DNA of 64,000 nt from a virus (taxonomy: Duplodnaviria > Caudoviricetes), in the IMG/VR virus record IMGVR_UViG_3300027804_002812, positions 1 to 64,000 of that record; one strand, written 5' to 3'. Numbering within the stretch: position 1 is the stretch's first letter; each line of letters starts with the position of its first letter. The notes below the pieces were generated by a model. That model had not been told where the DNA came from and did not search any database. It worked only from the letters and a program-made list of their open reading frames with translations. This document shows positions 18,159 through 27,571 of the stretch, piece after piece. A program made the translations under genes and the position numbers.

Positions 18159-20262
18159 TACTAATTTCTTCGAAAAATGATTTTAGTTCAGGGTAATATT
18201 CTTCAACTTTCAAACCTCTACGTGATTCGTATTGTTTAACAAAGTTATAAAGATCGAGTTTATGTTGATACAAATCATTATCATGTAATTTCTTGTCTGA
18301 AATGAATATGTCTCTTAGTCTCGACACTTTTTCTATTTCTTGAGTTGAAAATCCAACATCCTCAACGTTCTGCATTTGATGGAAATTCAAACTTCGATAT
18401 GTTGAATTGAACTTCATGTACTTTATCCATCTATCAAAATAATCTTGCGTTATATAATCTTTCAAGATTCTAAAACTCATAAACGATGGTTGTCTTAAAT
18501 AAGATGTATCTAATATAATTGCAGAACTCCAATATCTCAGAGGATTAAAGTGTTTAACTTTGAACTCATGAACTTTTCTAATTAATGATTCGTATGAAAA
18601 AACACTAAAAATATTAAAAGTAGACATGATTACTACCGTAACTTTGGGTAATGCAGTTAATACTTTATCTATATTGTTAAATAATTTTTCAAAATTCATC
18701 CCATATCTTGTATACTCAGATTGAATTCCATACCCATCACAAGATGTGAAAATAACAATTTCTTTTACTAAATCATTCTCGATAATTTTATTCAATTTAT
18801 CTATTAATTTATCTATCAAATTATCGGGAACTCCAAGATTACTATTTATGGAAAGTTTAAGATTTTGGTTTGGTTGTTCTGTTTCCAAAATGAAATCCAA
18901 TACTTTCCAAGTATCTTTAGATAATAGTGGTTCTCCACCAGTAATTCTAAATGTATCCATACTTTTATAAAGTTCGGGAAACCATTCCCAAAAACTATTA
19001 ACGTATGGGTTATCCTCAGAATGTTTGTATGGCTTAGTATTACGTTCTTCCATACGTCTTGTACCATTGTATTCAAATGAAAGTTGGTAAGGGCCGTGGT
19101 CATTAATTTCTTCCATCCATTTTGAAGAATATTCAGGTCCACAATACGCACATTTGAAATTACAGGTGTTAGAAAAACTAACTTCTACGTATTTTGGATT
19201 GTAATTATCCCTCCAATCTGACTTAGAAACTTCTTCGAAAAAAGGTTCTGACCAAGGTTCGGAAGATTTGAAAACTCTATCTGAAAATGAGTTTGAATTA
19301 TCTTCAACATTCCAACAATAGGAACATTCTGAAGGTCTCTCATTTTCCAACATTTGTTTACGAGCAAGTTTTTTAACTTTACTATTGTGTAAAGCAGTAG
19401 GATTACGAGACAACTCTTCTAAAGTTACCTTATGAGGTTCAGGATGGTGACAAGAGTGAGTTGTTCCATTATGTAAGTGCATTGTGACTTGTGTCCATTT
19501 CGCAAGACAAAATCCACAACCTACGGAGTCCAACTTTTTCTTGTTTGCTTCGAATTGATTAGTTGATATTTTATCTTTTTCTTTATCTTTTGAAAGTTTC
19601 AAATTAAACAAATAGAACTTATCCTTGAATTCATCTTTTATGGTACATTCTTCCCCCAAATTGTCTCTCAAGTCAAAAGCACACAATAAATTATTTGTAA
19701 TCAACTCTTGGTCAATACTCATTCTTGTTACAAATTTTTTAATCTGTTGCATAGTTAATACAGTATCGAATATGGAAAAATGATAAACATCCATTTCAGT
19801 CATACTTCTATGCATCATAACATCTGAGTCCATGTTATGGCAACCAATAAAAAAGTTTTTATCTGCGTAATCATTAATCAAGTCATACTTTGTATCAATA
19901 GTATCAACTAGTTTGTAATTGAAATACAAATTAAATTGGTTGTTGGCATACGTTAGGGTTATGTTTGCTTCATTGTCATACATACCGTCCTTTACAGTAT
20001 TGTAGGTATAACAGTTGTGAATTGAATTACCGTCCTCACCTTTGGTCCAAAATTCAAAAACGAATAAATCTACTTCGTAGTCATAACTTACACCAAAATT
20101 TTTTCCAGGGACACCGAAAAATCCAATTTTTTCATCTCGAGCAAAATATCTACCAACCCTGAAAGATAAACTTATTGTATATTCTTTTTTTAGAATTAAA
20201 TTAGTTTGTTCCTCACCAGAATTAACCTTTAGGTACCAAGGTTTTTCATATTCTATTTTCAT
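18142..20262 (-). CDS. Fusion: LamG-like domain + N-terminal-twitch radical SAM enzyme
   Basis: N-terminal YTISLSF, ITLTYANNQFNLYFN, FFIGCHN, LLCAFDL; then CGFCLAKW...HSCHHP...CSYCW, CNFKCAYC, TGGEP. Confidence 0.85.
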   Translation of the reverse strand: MKIEYEKPWYLKVNSGEEQTNLILKKEYTISLSFRVGRYFARDEKIGFFGVPGKNFGVSYDYEVDLFVFEFWTKGEDGNSIHNCYTYNTVKDGMYDNEANITLTYANNQFNLYFNYKLVDTIDTKYDLINDYADKNFFIGCHNMDSDVMMHRSMTEMDVYHFSIFDTVLTMQQIKKFVTRMSIDQELITNNLLCAFDLRDNLGEECTIKDEFKDKFYLFNLKLSKDKEKDKISTNQFEANKKKLDSVGCGFCLAKWTQVTMHLHNGTTHSCHHPEPHKVTLEELSRNPTALHNSKVKKLARKQMLENERPSECSYCWNVEDNSNSFSDRVFKSSEPWSEPFFEEVSKSDWRDNYNPKYVEVSFSNTCNFKCAYCGPEYSSKWMEEINDHGPYQLSFEYNGTRRMEERNTKPYKHSEDNPYVNSFWEWFPELYKSMDTFRITGGEPLLSKDTWKVLDFILETEQPNQNLKLSINSNLGVPDNLIDKLIDKLNKIIENDLVKEIVIFTSCDGYGIQSEYTRYGMNFEKLFNNIDKVLTALPKVTVVIMSTFNIFSVFSYESLIRKVHEFKVKHFNPLRYWSSAIILDTSYLRQPSFMSFRILKDYITQDYFDRWIKYMKFNSTYRSLNFHQMQNVEDVGFSTQEIEKVSRLRDIFISDKKLHDNDLYQHKLDLYNFVKQYESRRGLKVEEYYPELKSFFEEISNENKL

Positions 20263-21686
20263 TACTTCATTATTACATTTATAAACCTTGTATTCGGATA
20301 TAATGATTCGTCAATATTAACCAACTCAGTCACATCTAATATTTTATTATAACCTTCTTCTTTATAATTAATTTTATTCTGTTGCATTTCAGTTACAAAT
20401 CTTTTTTCATTTCTTGCGGTGGTATCACCTTTTGCCCATTTTCCATTTACAAATCCTTCATCTTCATGATAGATACAATCAAAAGAACCCTCTCTTCTAT
20501 ATGGTAAAATTAAATCTTTTACTTCAATATCTTCATTTACAAAGATAGTATTATTATTATAAAATTCATAATTATTGACAATGTCTTTATCTGAAGCATC
20601 AAAATTATAGTGAAGTACTAAACCACTTTTATCTTCGAAAATAGTGTTTATGTCATCAACAAATTTATCATAAACCTTAACTTCAGCAATTTTACCCTTC
20701 AAAAAAACACCAGTATGAGAACACACTCCCATAAGGATAGGTTTGATTGAATCATGAGCCTTCAACTTTTTTTCGATGTGTAATGGTATATGTTCTTTAA
20801 CTCCATTCATATTGTAGTTCAATTCATCATTGACATATAGATAATAATTCCCGTTTTCAGAGTCATATGTTACTGTGACCCACGTCCATTCATTCTCAAA
20901 TCTTTTTGCATAATTGTAATGATGATTACTGTCCCTATCATATACTATTGAAGAAATAGCTCTTGAATTATTGAAGGAAAGTCCCCAATTGTAACTTCCA
21001 TCTTTTCTTATTAATGGATACTCAATGAATTTTCGTTCTTCGTCTCCAACCAACCAAATTGGGACTTTATCAGGTTGTTGGTCAGCACTGAATAATATTG
21101 ATATAGTATGGTCTTGATGTAAACAAGAACTTATTTCTCTATTAACGTTGAATGCCAAATATGAATCATTTCCATTAAATTGTGCAACCTTCCTATTTTG
21201 ATGTTTTTCGAAAACTTTGTAAGTTGTCAATCCTTCAAAATACGCCCTCCAAAATAAATCGTCATCTTCTTGGCCCCAATCCCAATAGTCATTTGAATAC
21301 CCATTTGTTTTCAAAACTTGGTCTTTGGTGAAAAGAATTATCCCACCAAAATATTGTTCATAACCTAACTTATATCCATATTTGGATAGTTTGGTTGCAA
21401 TATGGACAGGGAACTCATCGGGGTAAGAATAGTCACAAGTGTCATCATGAGGAACCATGTCAACATCATGCCAAGCAATGTAATCACAACCGTCTTCGAA
21501 GGCATGATATGCTGCAATATTTTTCATTGCACCTCTATTAAACAACTTATCATCCACTTGATGTCCTACATAAAATTTATGAGGGATTCCCTTGTTCTTT
21601 AAGTGTTCAGTTAGACGAGGTATTAATTCCTCTATATGTTCTTTTCTATTTCTGTATGGTATACAGATTCCTAATTTTGGTTTCAT
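20262..21686 (-). CDS. GT7 (beta-1,4-galactosyltransferase-like) with an inserted LamG domain
   Basis: IPYRNR, AWHDVD, YFGGI, GYSNDYWDWGQEDDDL; LamG insert (FNGNDSY, WVTVTYD, LYVND, LKGKIAEVKVY, LHYNFD); GT resumes PYRREGSFDCIYHE. Confidence 0.85.
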   Translation of the reverse strand: MKPKLGICIPYRNRKEHIEELIPRLTEHLKNKGIPHKFYVGHQVDDKLFNRGAMKNIAAYHAFEDGCDYIAWHDVDMVPHDDTCDYSYPDEFPVHIATKLSKYGYKLGYEQYFGGIILFTKDQVLKTNGYSNDYWDWGQEDDDLFWRAYFEGLTTYKVFEKHQNRKVAQFNGNDSYLAFNVNREISSCLHQDHTISILFSADQQPDKVPIWLVGDEERKFIEYPLIRKDGSYNWGLSFNNSRAISSIVYDRDSNHHYNYAKRFENEWTWVTVTYDSENGNYYLYVNDELNYNMNGVKEHIPLHIEKKLKAHDSIKPILMGVCSHTGVFLKGKIAEVKVYDKFVDDINTIFEDKSGLVLHYNFDASDKDIVNNYEFYNNNTIFVNEDIEVKDLILPYRREGSFDCIYHEDEGFVNGKWAKGDTTARNEKRFVTEMQQNKINYKEEGYNKILDVTELVNIDESLYPNTRFINVIMK

Positions 21687-23128
21687 ATTCCTACTGTTAC
21701 GTGTATAACATTATCAACGGTTTCTTTACCATATTCTTTGAATTTACATGTAGAAAGCCCGTCACTTTCAAATTTAGCTCCGTTAGTTAAAACTTCGTTA
21801 TGATATCTTAATTGATTAAATCTAGTTGTTTGATTTTTCCACCCTCCGTCTTCATATCCATTTTCTTCGTGTGGTAGTAATTTGAAAGTGGATTCTCTAC
21901 GATAAGGCACTTTTATTTCTTTATGTTCATCGAAGGTATATCCAACAATTTCACAATTGTAAATCCATCCATTATTCCCCTTTTCACTTAAATCTATTAA
22001 TTGATACCCCTTAATAAATTTAGCATCATAATATAACACTAATTTATAATCTGATTTGTAATCACCAAAATTCTGGGTTAATCCAAAAAATTGGTTTTTG
22101 GAAATCTCCTCAATTTCACCTTCTCCTAAGATATCGTTATAAACTGCAAAAGAACTAATTGACCCTTTGAAATAGTTATTATCCTTTTCTCTGTGCGGAT
22201 TTCCGCACCCTAAATAAAAATGTGGCTCTTGTGAGTAATCATAAAAAGTACCCACTCTCTTGGTATCAACCAATTTTCCATTTTGATATAATGAAAAAAA
22301 CTTTTCTTCTCTATCTATAGTAACGGTAATGTTTGTCTTGAAATTTGGCAAGATATCACTGTGAATAAACACAACTTTTTTATTTTCTGTAAACATTTGA
22401 AATGTATACCTTCTATATGAGTTATATGTTATTGTACAGTCATATCCCGGTATTGAAAATACCGACATAATATCTTCACCTTTGTCCTTATCCAACTCTA
22501 AATCATCAGGGTTGAATGAAACGAATATCGTGATTTTTCCATTTGGATTGTAACTTGTCTGATTGATGAAATCGAATATATTAGCGGACTTAACATAGGC
22601 ATTTTTACCATTGAACTTCAATGCTGCAGTGTTACCTCCATCTAATTTTAATAGTTTAGTGTTTAATGGAATATCAAAATATTCACACCTATGTAATAAA
22701 TCATCATCTTCGTACCCCCACCCCCAATAGTTATTTGAATACCCATTTACCTTTTCAAATAAGTGTATTGGAAATAGTGTAACTCCTCCGAAATATTGGT
22801 CAAACACAATTCTATTGAAATCTTCTGTACCTATCAGATTGGTTGCCAAATGAAGTGGAACATCACTGTAGGAATAATCTACTTCTTCAGGTAACATGTC
22901 CAAGTCATGAAAAACGACATAGTCACATCCAAGTTTCTTCGCATAAATCGTACCGATATTTAATAATTTACCACGATTGAAACTTTTTTCATCATCTTGT
23001 TCCACAATAATTAGATAATAATTAATACCAGAATCGGAAAGATGTTTTGTAATATGGCTTTTGAATTCAACCAAATCAAAATATCTATCCCGATAGGGCA
23101 CAATTATTCCTAACTTGTGATTATTCAT
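21683..23128 (-). CDS. GT7 (beta-1,4-galactosyltransferase-like) with an inserted LamG domain, tandem paralog
   Basis: IVPYRDR, FNRGKLLN, FHDLDM, YFGGV, NNYWGWGYEDDDL; LamG insert (LKFNGKNAYV, LYQNGKLV, YFKGSISSFAVY, LYYD); resumes PYRRESTFKLLPHE. Confidence 0.85.
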   Translation of the reverse strand: MNNHKLGIIVPYRDRYFDLVEFKSHITKHLSDSGINYYLIIVEQDDEKSFNRGKLLNIGTIYAKKLGCDYVVFHDLDMLPEEVDYSYSDVPLHLATNLIGTEDFNRIVFDQYFGGVTLFPIHLFEKVNGYSNNYWGWGYEDDDLLHRCEYFDIPLNTKLLKLDGGNTAALKFNGKNAYVKSANIFDFINQTSYNPNGKITIFVSFNPDDLELDKDKGEDIMSVFSIPGYDCTITYNSYRRYTFQMFTENKKVVFIHSDILPNFKTNITVTIDREEKFFSLYQNGKLVDTKRVGTFYDYSQEPHFYLGCGNPHREKDNNYFKGSISSFAVYNDILGEGEIEEISKNQFFGLTQNFGDYKSDYKLVLYYDAKFIKGYQLIDLSEKGNNGWIYNCEIVGYTFDEHKEIKVPYRRESTFKLLPHEENGYEDGGWKNQTTRFNQLRYHNEVLTNGAKFESDGLSTCKFKEYGKETVDNVIHVTVGI

Positions 23129-23324
23129 CTATGGTAGGATCTTTAGGTTGAACTGTTTTATGCCATTCCGCTAAGTAAAATTGAATACGGTCGCTCCACT
23201 CTTGTTTTTCAATTTCTTCAACCCAAACAGTTAACGCGTCCAATGTGTTTGCTATTTTCTCTAAGGCTTTGACTTTTCGTTGCTCAAGCAACATTTTTTC
23301 TTTTTCTTTATCTAATTCTGTCAT
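23121..23324 (-). CDS. Small hypothetical protein (helical/coiled-coil)
   Basis: 67-aa ORF filling the gap with overlaps at both ends; no family motif recognised. Confidence 0.6.
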   Translation of the reverse strand: MTELDKEKEKMLLEQRKVKALEKIANTLDALTVWVEEIEKQEWSDRIQFYLAEWHKTVQPKDPTIDE

Positions 23325-24178
23325 ATCAAAACTATTTTTTTAATTAAATTATTCCATTTCCTATATCTTTTGAATTCATCAATCCCTGAGGATTCTTCAA
23401 TCATAAATTCTTCATTATTCAAATCTATCAAAAAATTTGATTTTTCCAACTCTTGATACATTTTCATGTACTCTTCTGAATATGAATATTCTTTATTAGT
23501 GTCAGCAACTCTTTTAATTCTTTCAATTGAAGTAATATCCCATTTGAAGTGGTGGACTTGTACTGAATGAGTATCAATCGGTGCTATCAAAGGATTCCCC
23601 CAACCTTGCCATTTCCAAGTGGTATATCCATCCACTTTCGCATAGTGTTGACCATTGGTTAATGTAACCCATCCTCTCGTAATACAAACTTTATTTGGAC
23701 AAGCTTGACTCATTGGATACCTAAAAAATCCCATGACAGGAAATTGTTTCCAAATACGTTCATCTTCTTTAATCTCAGGAAATGTACCTCCACTACCTAT
23801 TCTATCTATGAATCCTCCTCTAACAATATCCCATCCATTTACTTCACAATCCAAAATTAACTTTTGAATGTTGTCATGAGGATATAAGTGAAACTCATCT
23901 ATGTCTGCAACAACCCACCAACCATTTTTGTCTTTCGATTTTACTTCATTGTATAAGTTAGTTACCATCTCCCAATCAAAATTGTGATGACGAACTTCTT
24001 TAACAACATGGACATTATTGTATCCTGAAATAATACTTTTTACCTCTTCACTAATGTTCGGATGTAAATCTGAGTTATAACACGCGATATGAATCTCGCT
24101 TACATATTTTTGGTAATGTTTTATAAAGTGGGGTAATAAATTAACCCCGTGACCAATAACTGTTACTAATTTTATCAT
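23321..24178 (-). CDS. GT-A-fold glycosyltransferase (GT2-like/GT92-like)
   Basis: LLPHFIKHY, WWVVADIDEF (DxD), VHHFKW; start at 24178 gives an ATGA overlap. Confidence 0.65.
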   Translation of the reverse strand: MIKLVTVIGHGVNLLPHFIKHYQKYVSEIHIACYNSDLHPNISEEVKSIISGYNNVHVVKEVRHHNFDWEMVTNLYNEVKSKDKNGWWVVADIDEFHLYPHDNIQKLILDCEVNGWDIVRGGFIDRIGSGGTFPEIKEDERIWKQFPVMGFFRYPMSQACPNKVCITRGWVTLTNGQHYAKVDGYTTWKWQGWGNPLIAPIDTHSVQVHHFKWDITSIERIKRVADTNKEYSYSEEYMKMYQELEKSNFLIDLNNEEFMIEESSGIDEFKRYRKWNNLIKKIVLI

Positions 24179-25164
24179 TTTTTCCAAAAACTATAAATCC
24201 CTTTATTCAATTCATAATCACTCCACACAAATCTTTCTCGTTTCGGTTGTTTTTTAGCCCATTCCCACATCTGACTTAACCCATCATATAATGAAGTTTT
24301 ATCAGAAAATCCCAAAAGGTCGATAGATTTTTGATATGTTGGATGAGCGTTTTTTACCTCATGTCTTTTTTCTTTATAGACCACTTCACCATCTTGGATA
24401 ACTTCTCTTAAAACTTTGTTAGCGTCATTAATTGTATAATATTTTGTACCTCCTAAATTGATAATCTCTTTGGAACAATTCTCTTGTTGGGATGATTTCC
24501 ACAAGCCCTCCAAACAATCATCAATGTAACTGAACGCCCTTTTTTGTTCGCCATCTCCAAATATAGTCATCGGTTCACCATTCAGATGTTGATACATCCA
24601 TATACCTAATACGTTTCTGTATTTATCCCAAATGTTTTGTTTGATACCATAAAAATTGTGAGGTCGAATGATACACCAATCTAAACCATGTTGTTCACCG
24701 GCAACCTTAATATCCATTTCACAGGCATATTTTGCAATACCATATGGATCTATAGGATTTTGTTGGTCGTCTTCGTGGAAAGGTGGAGTCCCATGGCCAT
24801 ATACCGCCATAGTAGATGAAAAAATGAGTCGTTTTACATTATGTTTAATACACTCATTTACTATGTTTGCAGTTGAAATGAGGTTATTTTCATAATTATA
24901 TTTCCTAATAAATGGAGATAGTCCTTCAGCAGCATAAGCCGCAAAATGGTATACATAATCAGGTTTGGTTTCTTCAAAAATATCTGATAGTTTATCAGAT
25001 TTACAATCAACATTAAAAAATTTAACGTCAGGGTTAACATTTTCAATGTATCCCCCACTTAAATTATCAACACCTATTAGTTCAACATTAGGTTTGTTTT
25101 CAACAATCCAATCAGCGAGTCTTGAACCTAAAAGTCCTGCAACTCCTGTTATTAATATTTTCAT
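24175..25164 (-). CDS. NAD-dependent epimerase/dehydratase (UDP-glucose 4-epimerase-like SDR)
   Basis: ITGVAGLLG, VDNLSGG, HFAAYAAE, FSSTMAVYG, PYGIAK (YxxxK), RPHNFYG. Confidence 0.9.
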   Translation of the reverse strand: MKILITGVAGLLGSRLADWIVENKPNVELIGVDNLSGGYIENVNPDVKFFNVDCKSDKLSDIFEETKPDYVYHFAAYAAEGLSPFIRKYNYENNLISTANIVNECIKHNVKRLIFSSTMAVYGHGTPPFHEDDQQNPIDPYGIAKYACEMDIKVAGEQHGLDWCIIRPHNFYGIKQNIWDKYRNVLGIWMYQHLNGEPMTIFGDGEQKRAFSYIDDCLEGLWKSSQQENCSKEIINLGGTKYYTINDANKVLREVIQDGEVVYKEKRHEVKNAHPTYQKSIDLLGFSDKTSLYDGLSQMWEWAKKQPKRERFVWSDYELNKGIYSFWKK

Positions 25165-25170
25165 ATATTA

Positions 25171-25896
25171 TTATTTCCTATTTATTATGGTAATACCACT
25201 TGATGATGGTTTATCCATTAATATACGGAAATTATGTAACTTTATCAAGTTCCACTCGGGACTTTGTTCCAACTCTTTAACTAACCTTGAAGGTCCGTCA
25301 AACGGATGATAATCTTTTTTTGCCTCTTCAGAAACAATCAGAGTTTTCTCATAATTCTCATCTGTATCATGTAAAACTATAACACCTTTTTCACTCAAAA
25401 GTTTCGAGTACAAATCGAAATCTTTCTTAACCCCTTCATACGAGTGGTCTCCATCAATAAATAAAAAATCAATTTTAATATCTTGTCGAACAAAAAAATT
25501 ATAATATGCATCTTCAGAAGTTGATTTAATTAATCTAGGATGAAAATTTTTTCTAAAAAAAGAATCTTCATCATCAACATCGGTTGGGCCACCAACACCG
25601 TTACAAGCGTCAACCAAATAGGTAACGCCAATATTCCCCCAATTATAATCAGGGTTACCTTCAAATATTTTTTGATTGTGTAAATCAACTCTTGCTTGAG
25701 TCATTATTCTTGGTATGAATCCTCCACCCGAACCAATACAAACACACACTTTAGCCCTAATCTGTTGTATTAAAGAATATACTACCATCCCATCTCCCAT
25801 GTGTAAATCAGTCGCACCGTGAGTCCACAGATATGGCACCAACTCCCCATCATTAGTAGTTATAAATTTTTCTATAAAGTCTCGATTGGTAATCAT
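25171..25896 (-). CDS. Class I SAM-dependent methyltransferase (Methyltransf_24-like)
   Basis: CIGSGGGF, IDFLFIDGDHSYEGVKKDF, GVIVLHD. Confidence 0.8.
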   Translation of the reverse strand: MITNRDFIEKFITTNDGELVPYLWTHGATDLHMGDGMVVYSLIQQIRAKVCVCIGSGGGFIPRIMTQARVDLHNQKIFEGNPDYNWGNIGVTYLVDACNGVGGPTDVDDEDSFFRKNFHPRLIKSTSEDAYYNFFVRQDIKIDFLFIDGDHSYEGVKKDFDLYSKLLSEKGVIVLHDTDENYEKTLIVSEEAKKDYHPFDGPSRLVKELEQSPEWNLIKLHNFRILMDKPSSSGITIINRK

Positions 25897-25904
25897 TTAG
25901 TTGA

Positions 25905-26594
25905 TTAAGTTTTTTTCTTGTTTTTATACGTTTTTTTCTTTTCAACATTTTCAGGTAAATTTTTACCATATGCAAATGTTCCAATGTGATACACCTCATT
26001 ACTTAGGTTCATATCAATTTTTACTTGATATCCTATTTTATTCAATTTTTTGAACAATGTGAAATCCTCTCCACCCCAATCTTTAGTTTTTGGTTGATAT
26101 GTATACTCGAAATATGGTCTACTCAAGTGTTTGAAAATTGATGTTTTCATTAAAACACATCCCATACCAATCGCTTCAACCGAAACTAGTTCATCATCAG
26201 GTTGAATAGGTATCCAACTTTCCCAATCATTAGTATCTAAGAACGCTACTGATTTGAAAGGGAATGACCGTTTCATATAATTACAAGCAACAATATCTTG
26301 ATTATGGGCTAACAATCTTAATAATGTAGTTGGAGGAAACATCATATCACTGTCCAACCAAAGTACCCATTCAGATTTTACGGCAATTGCCTGACTAATA
26401 AGGGTTTCTCTCTGATTAATTAGTATGGTTGATGCATCAAAAAAAAGGTGTACATCAATTCCCATCTGAGTGGTAGTTTTTACTAAATTTCCAAGTGAAA
26501 GTGAAAAATGAGAATACACAGTGTCTCTTGTTGGAACCAATATAGAAACCGATGTAGGTTTTCCTTCCCATATTGTATTTGTGTAAACACTCAT
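25905..26594 (-). CDS. GT-A-fold glycosyltransferase (GT2-like)
   Basis: ILVPTRD, WVLWLDSDMMFP (DxD), IGMGCVLM, GGEDFTL, HIG. Confidence 0.75.
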   Translation of the reverse strand: MSVYTNTIWEGKPTSVSILVPTRDTVYSHFSLSLGNLVKTTTQMGIDVHLFFDASTILINQRETLISQAIAVKSEWVLWLDSDMMFPPTTLLRLLAHNQDIVACNYMKRSFPFKSVAFLDTNDWESWIPIQPDDELVSVEAIGMGCVLMKTSIFKHLSRPYFEYTYQPKTKDWGGEDFTLFKKLNKIGYQVKIDMNLSNEVYHIGTFAYGKNLPENVEKKKTYKNKKKT

Positions 26595-27037
26595 TTCACA
26601 CCAGAAATTTTAGAAGTATCCATTTCAGATTCGGTTACTGTCTCATTAATAGTTTTAATGAGTTCTTTTGTCCGTTTCATAACTAACTTAAAATCTACCA
26701 CTGGTAAATTACTAATAATTGAAAAAGTTTCTTTGGAATATTTACCTTCTAAAAGTATTTCAACTGCGGCTCTTCTTGAAAATTTTTCAACAGTTGCCCA
26801 TCTACTATAGTCAGAATCATTATTCAGTAACTTTTGTAAATTTTCATTGTTTTGTTTTTTCAAGATATTTTCCATAATACTAATTTCTTCAATTGAATCA
26901 TTAGTTTTTGGTGTGTGTTTTAATTGATTATATCTATCAATAAAGTTTATCAATTTTTCCTTATCATATTCAATCCCTGACCACACAATATGTTTTAATT
27001 CATACTCAGATAAAAAATTTTTGTAATCAAACTTCAT
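26591..27037 (-). CDS. Hypothetical protein, first gene of the glycan island
   Basis: 148-aa ORF overlapping the next start; no motif recognised. Confidence 0.65.
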   Translation of the reverse strand: MKFDYKNFLSEYELKHIVWSGIEYDKEKLINFIDRYNQLKHTPKTNDSIEEISIMENILKKQNNENLQKLLNNDSDYSRWATVEKFSRRAAVEILLEGKYSKETFSIISNLPVVDFKLVMKRTKELIKTINETVTESEMDTSKISGVK

Positions 27038-27119
27038 AATTATATTTTTATAAAAATATACAAAATATAATTACTTTTCTGAAGATTAGTGGAGTTAATA
27101 TAATAAAAATTTCAGATGA

Positions 27120-27548
27120 TTAAGGGCATCCACTCTGACCTGATACTATTACTATTGAACCACTAACAGTTTGTTGTGGAAGAGATGTGCCAGCAGCATT
27201 GTCCCAAGTCCAGTAACCTGAAGTTACTGGGTCGAAATATCTTTGATTAGTTAATATTGGAGTAATAGTAGTATCATATAAAGGTTGTCCACCAGTACAA
27301 CCATTTAGAGTATAATATAGAGTACCACTACAAGTATAATCTTCAGGAACAGTTAAACCACCCATGTCAGCAGATAAACTTGTTTGAGCTCCGGCCGGAA
27401 TTGCAGAAACCCCAAGAGCTTGAGGGGGTTGTCTAAGGGCTCCGAGTGTACCATTCAATGAAATATTCACAGTTGGGAGTGGGAAACCAAATGCGTCATA
27501 AACGCACGACATTGCAATTTCAGTTCCTGTGGCCGGAGTTAATCCCAT
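27120..27548 (-). CDS. Small hypothetical virion-associated protein downstream of the fibre
   Basis: 142-aa Gly/Thr/Pro-rich ORF directly after the S74-bearing fibre gene; the role is inferred from position. Confidence 0.55.
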   Translation of the reverse strand: MGLTPATGTEIAMSCVYDAFGFPLPTVNISLNGTLGALRQPPQALGVSAIPAGAQTSLSADMGGLTVPEDYTCSGTLYYTLNGCTGGQPLYDTTITPILTNQRYFDPVTSGYWTWDNAAGTSLPQQTVSGSIVIVSGQSGCP

Positions 27549-27571
27549 TTTTTATAACTATTTTTAATAGT

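Noticed and set aside
1-27037. Host chromosomal O-antigen or capsule locus
   Set aside because: No wzx/wzy/wza/ABC export genes or membrane proteins seen; contiguous and co-oriented with phage tail and replication genes.
1-27037. DNA hypermodification cluster
   Set aside because: No thymidylate-synthase-like hydroxymethylase, TET/JBP, queuosine-pathway or DNA transglycosylase gene in the window; not excluded elsewhere in the genome.
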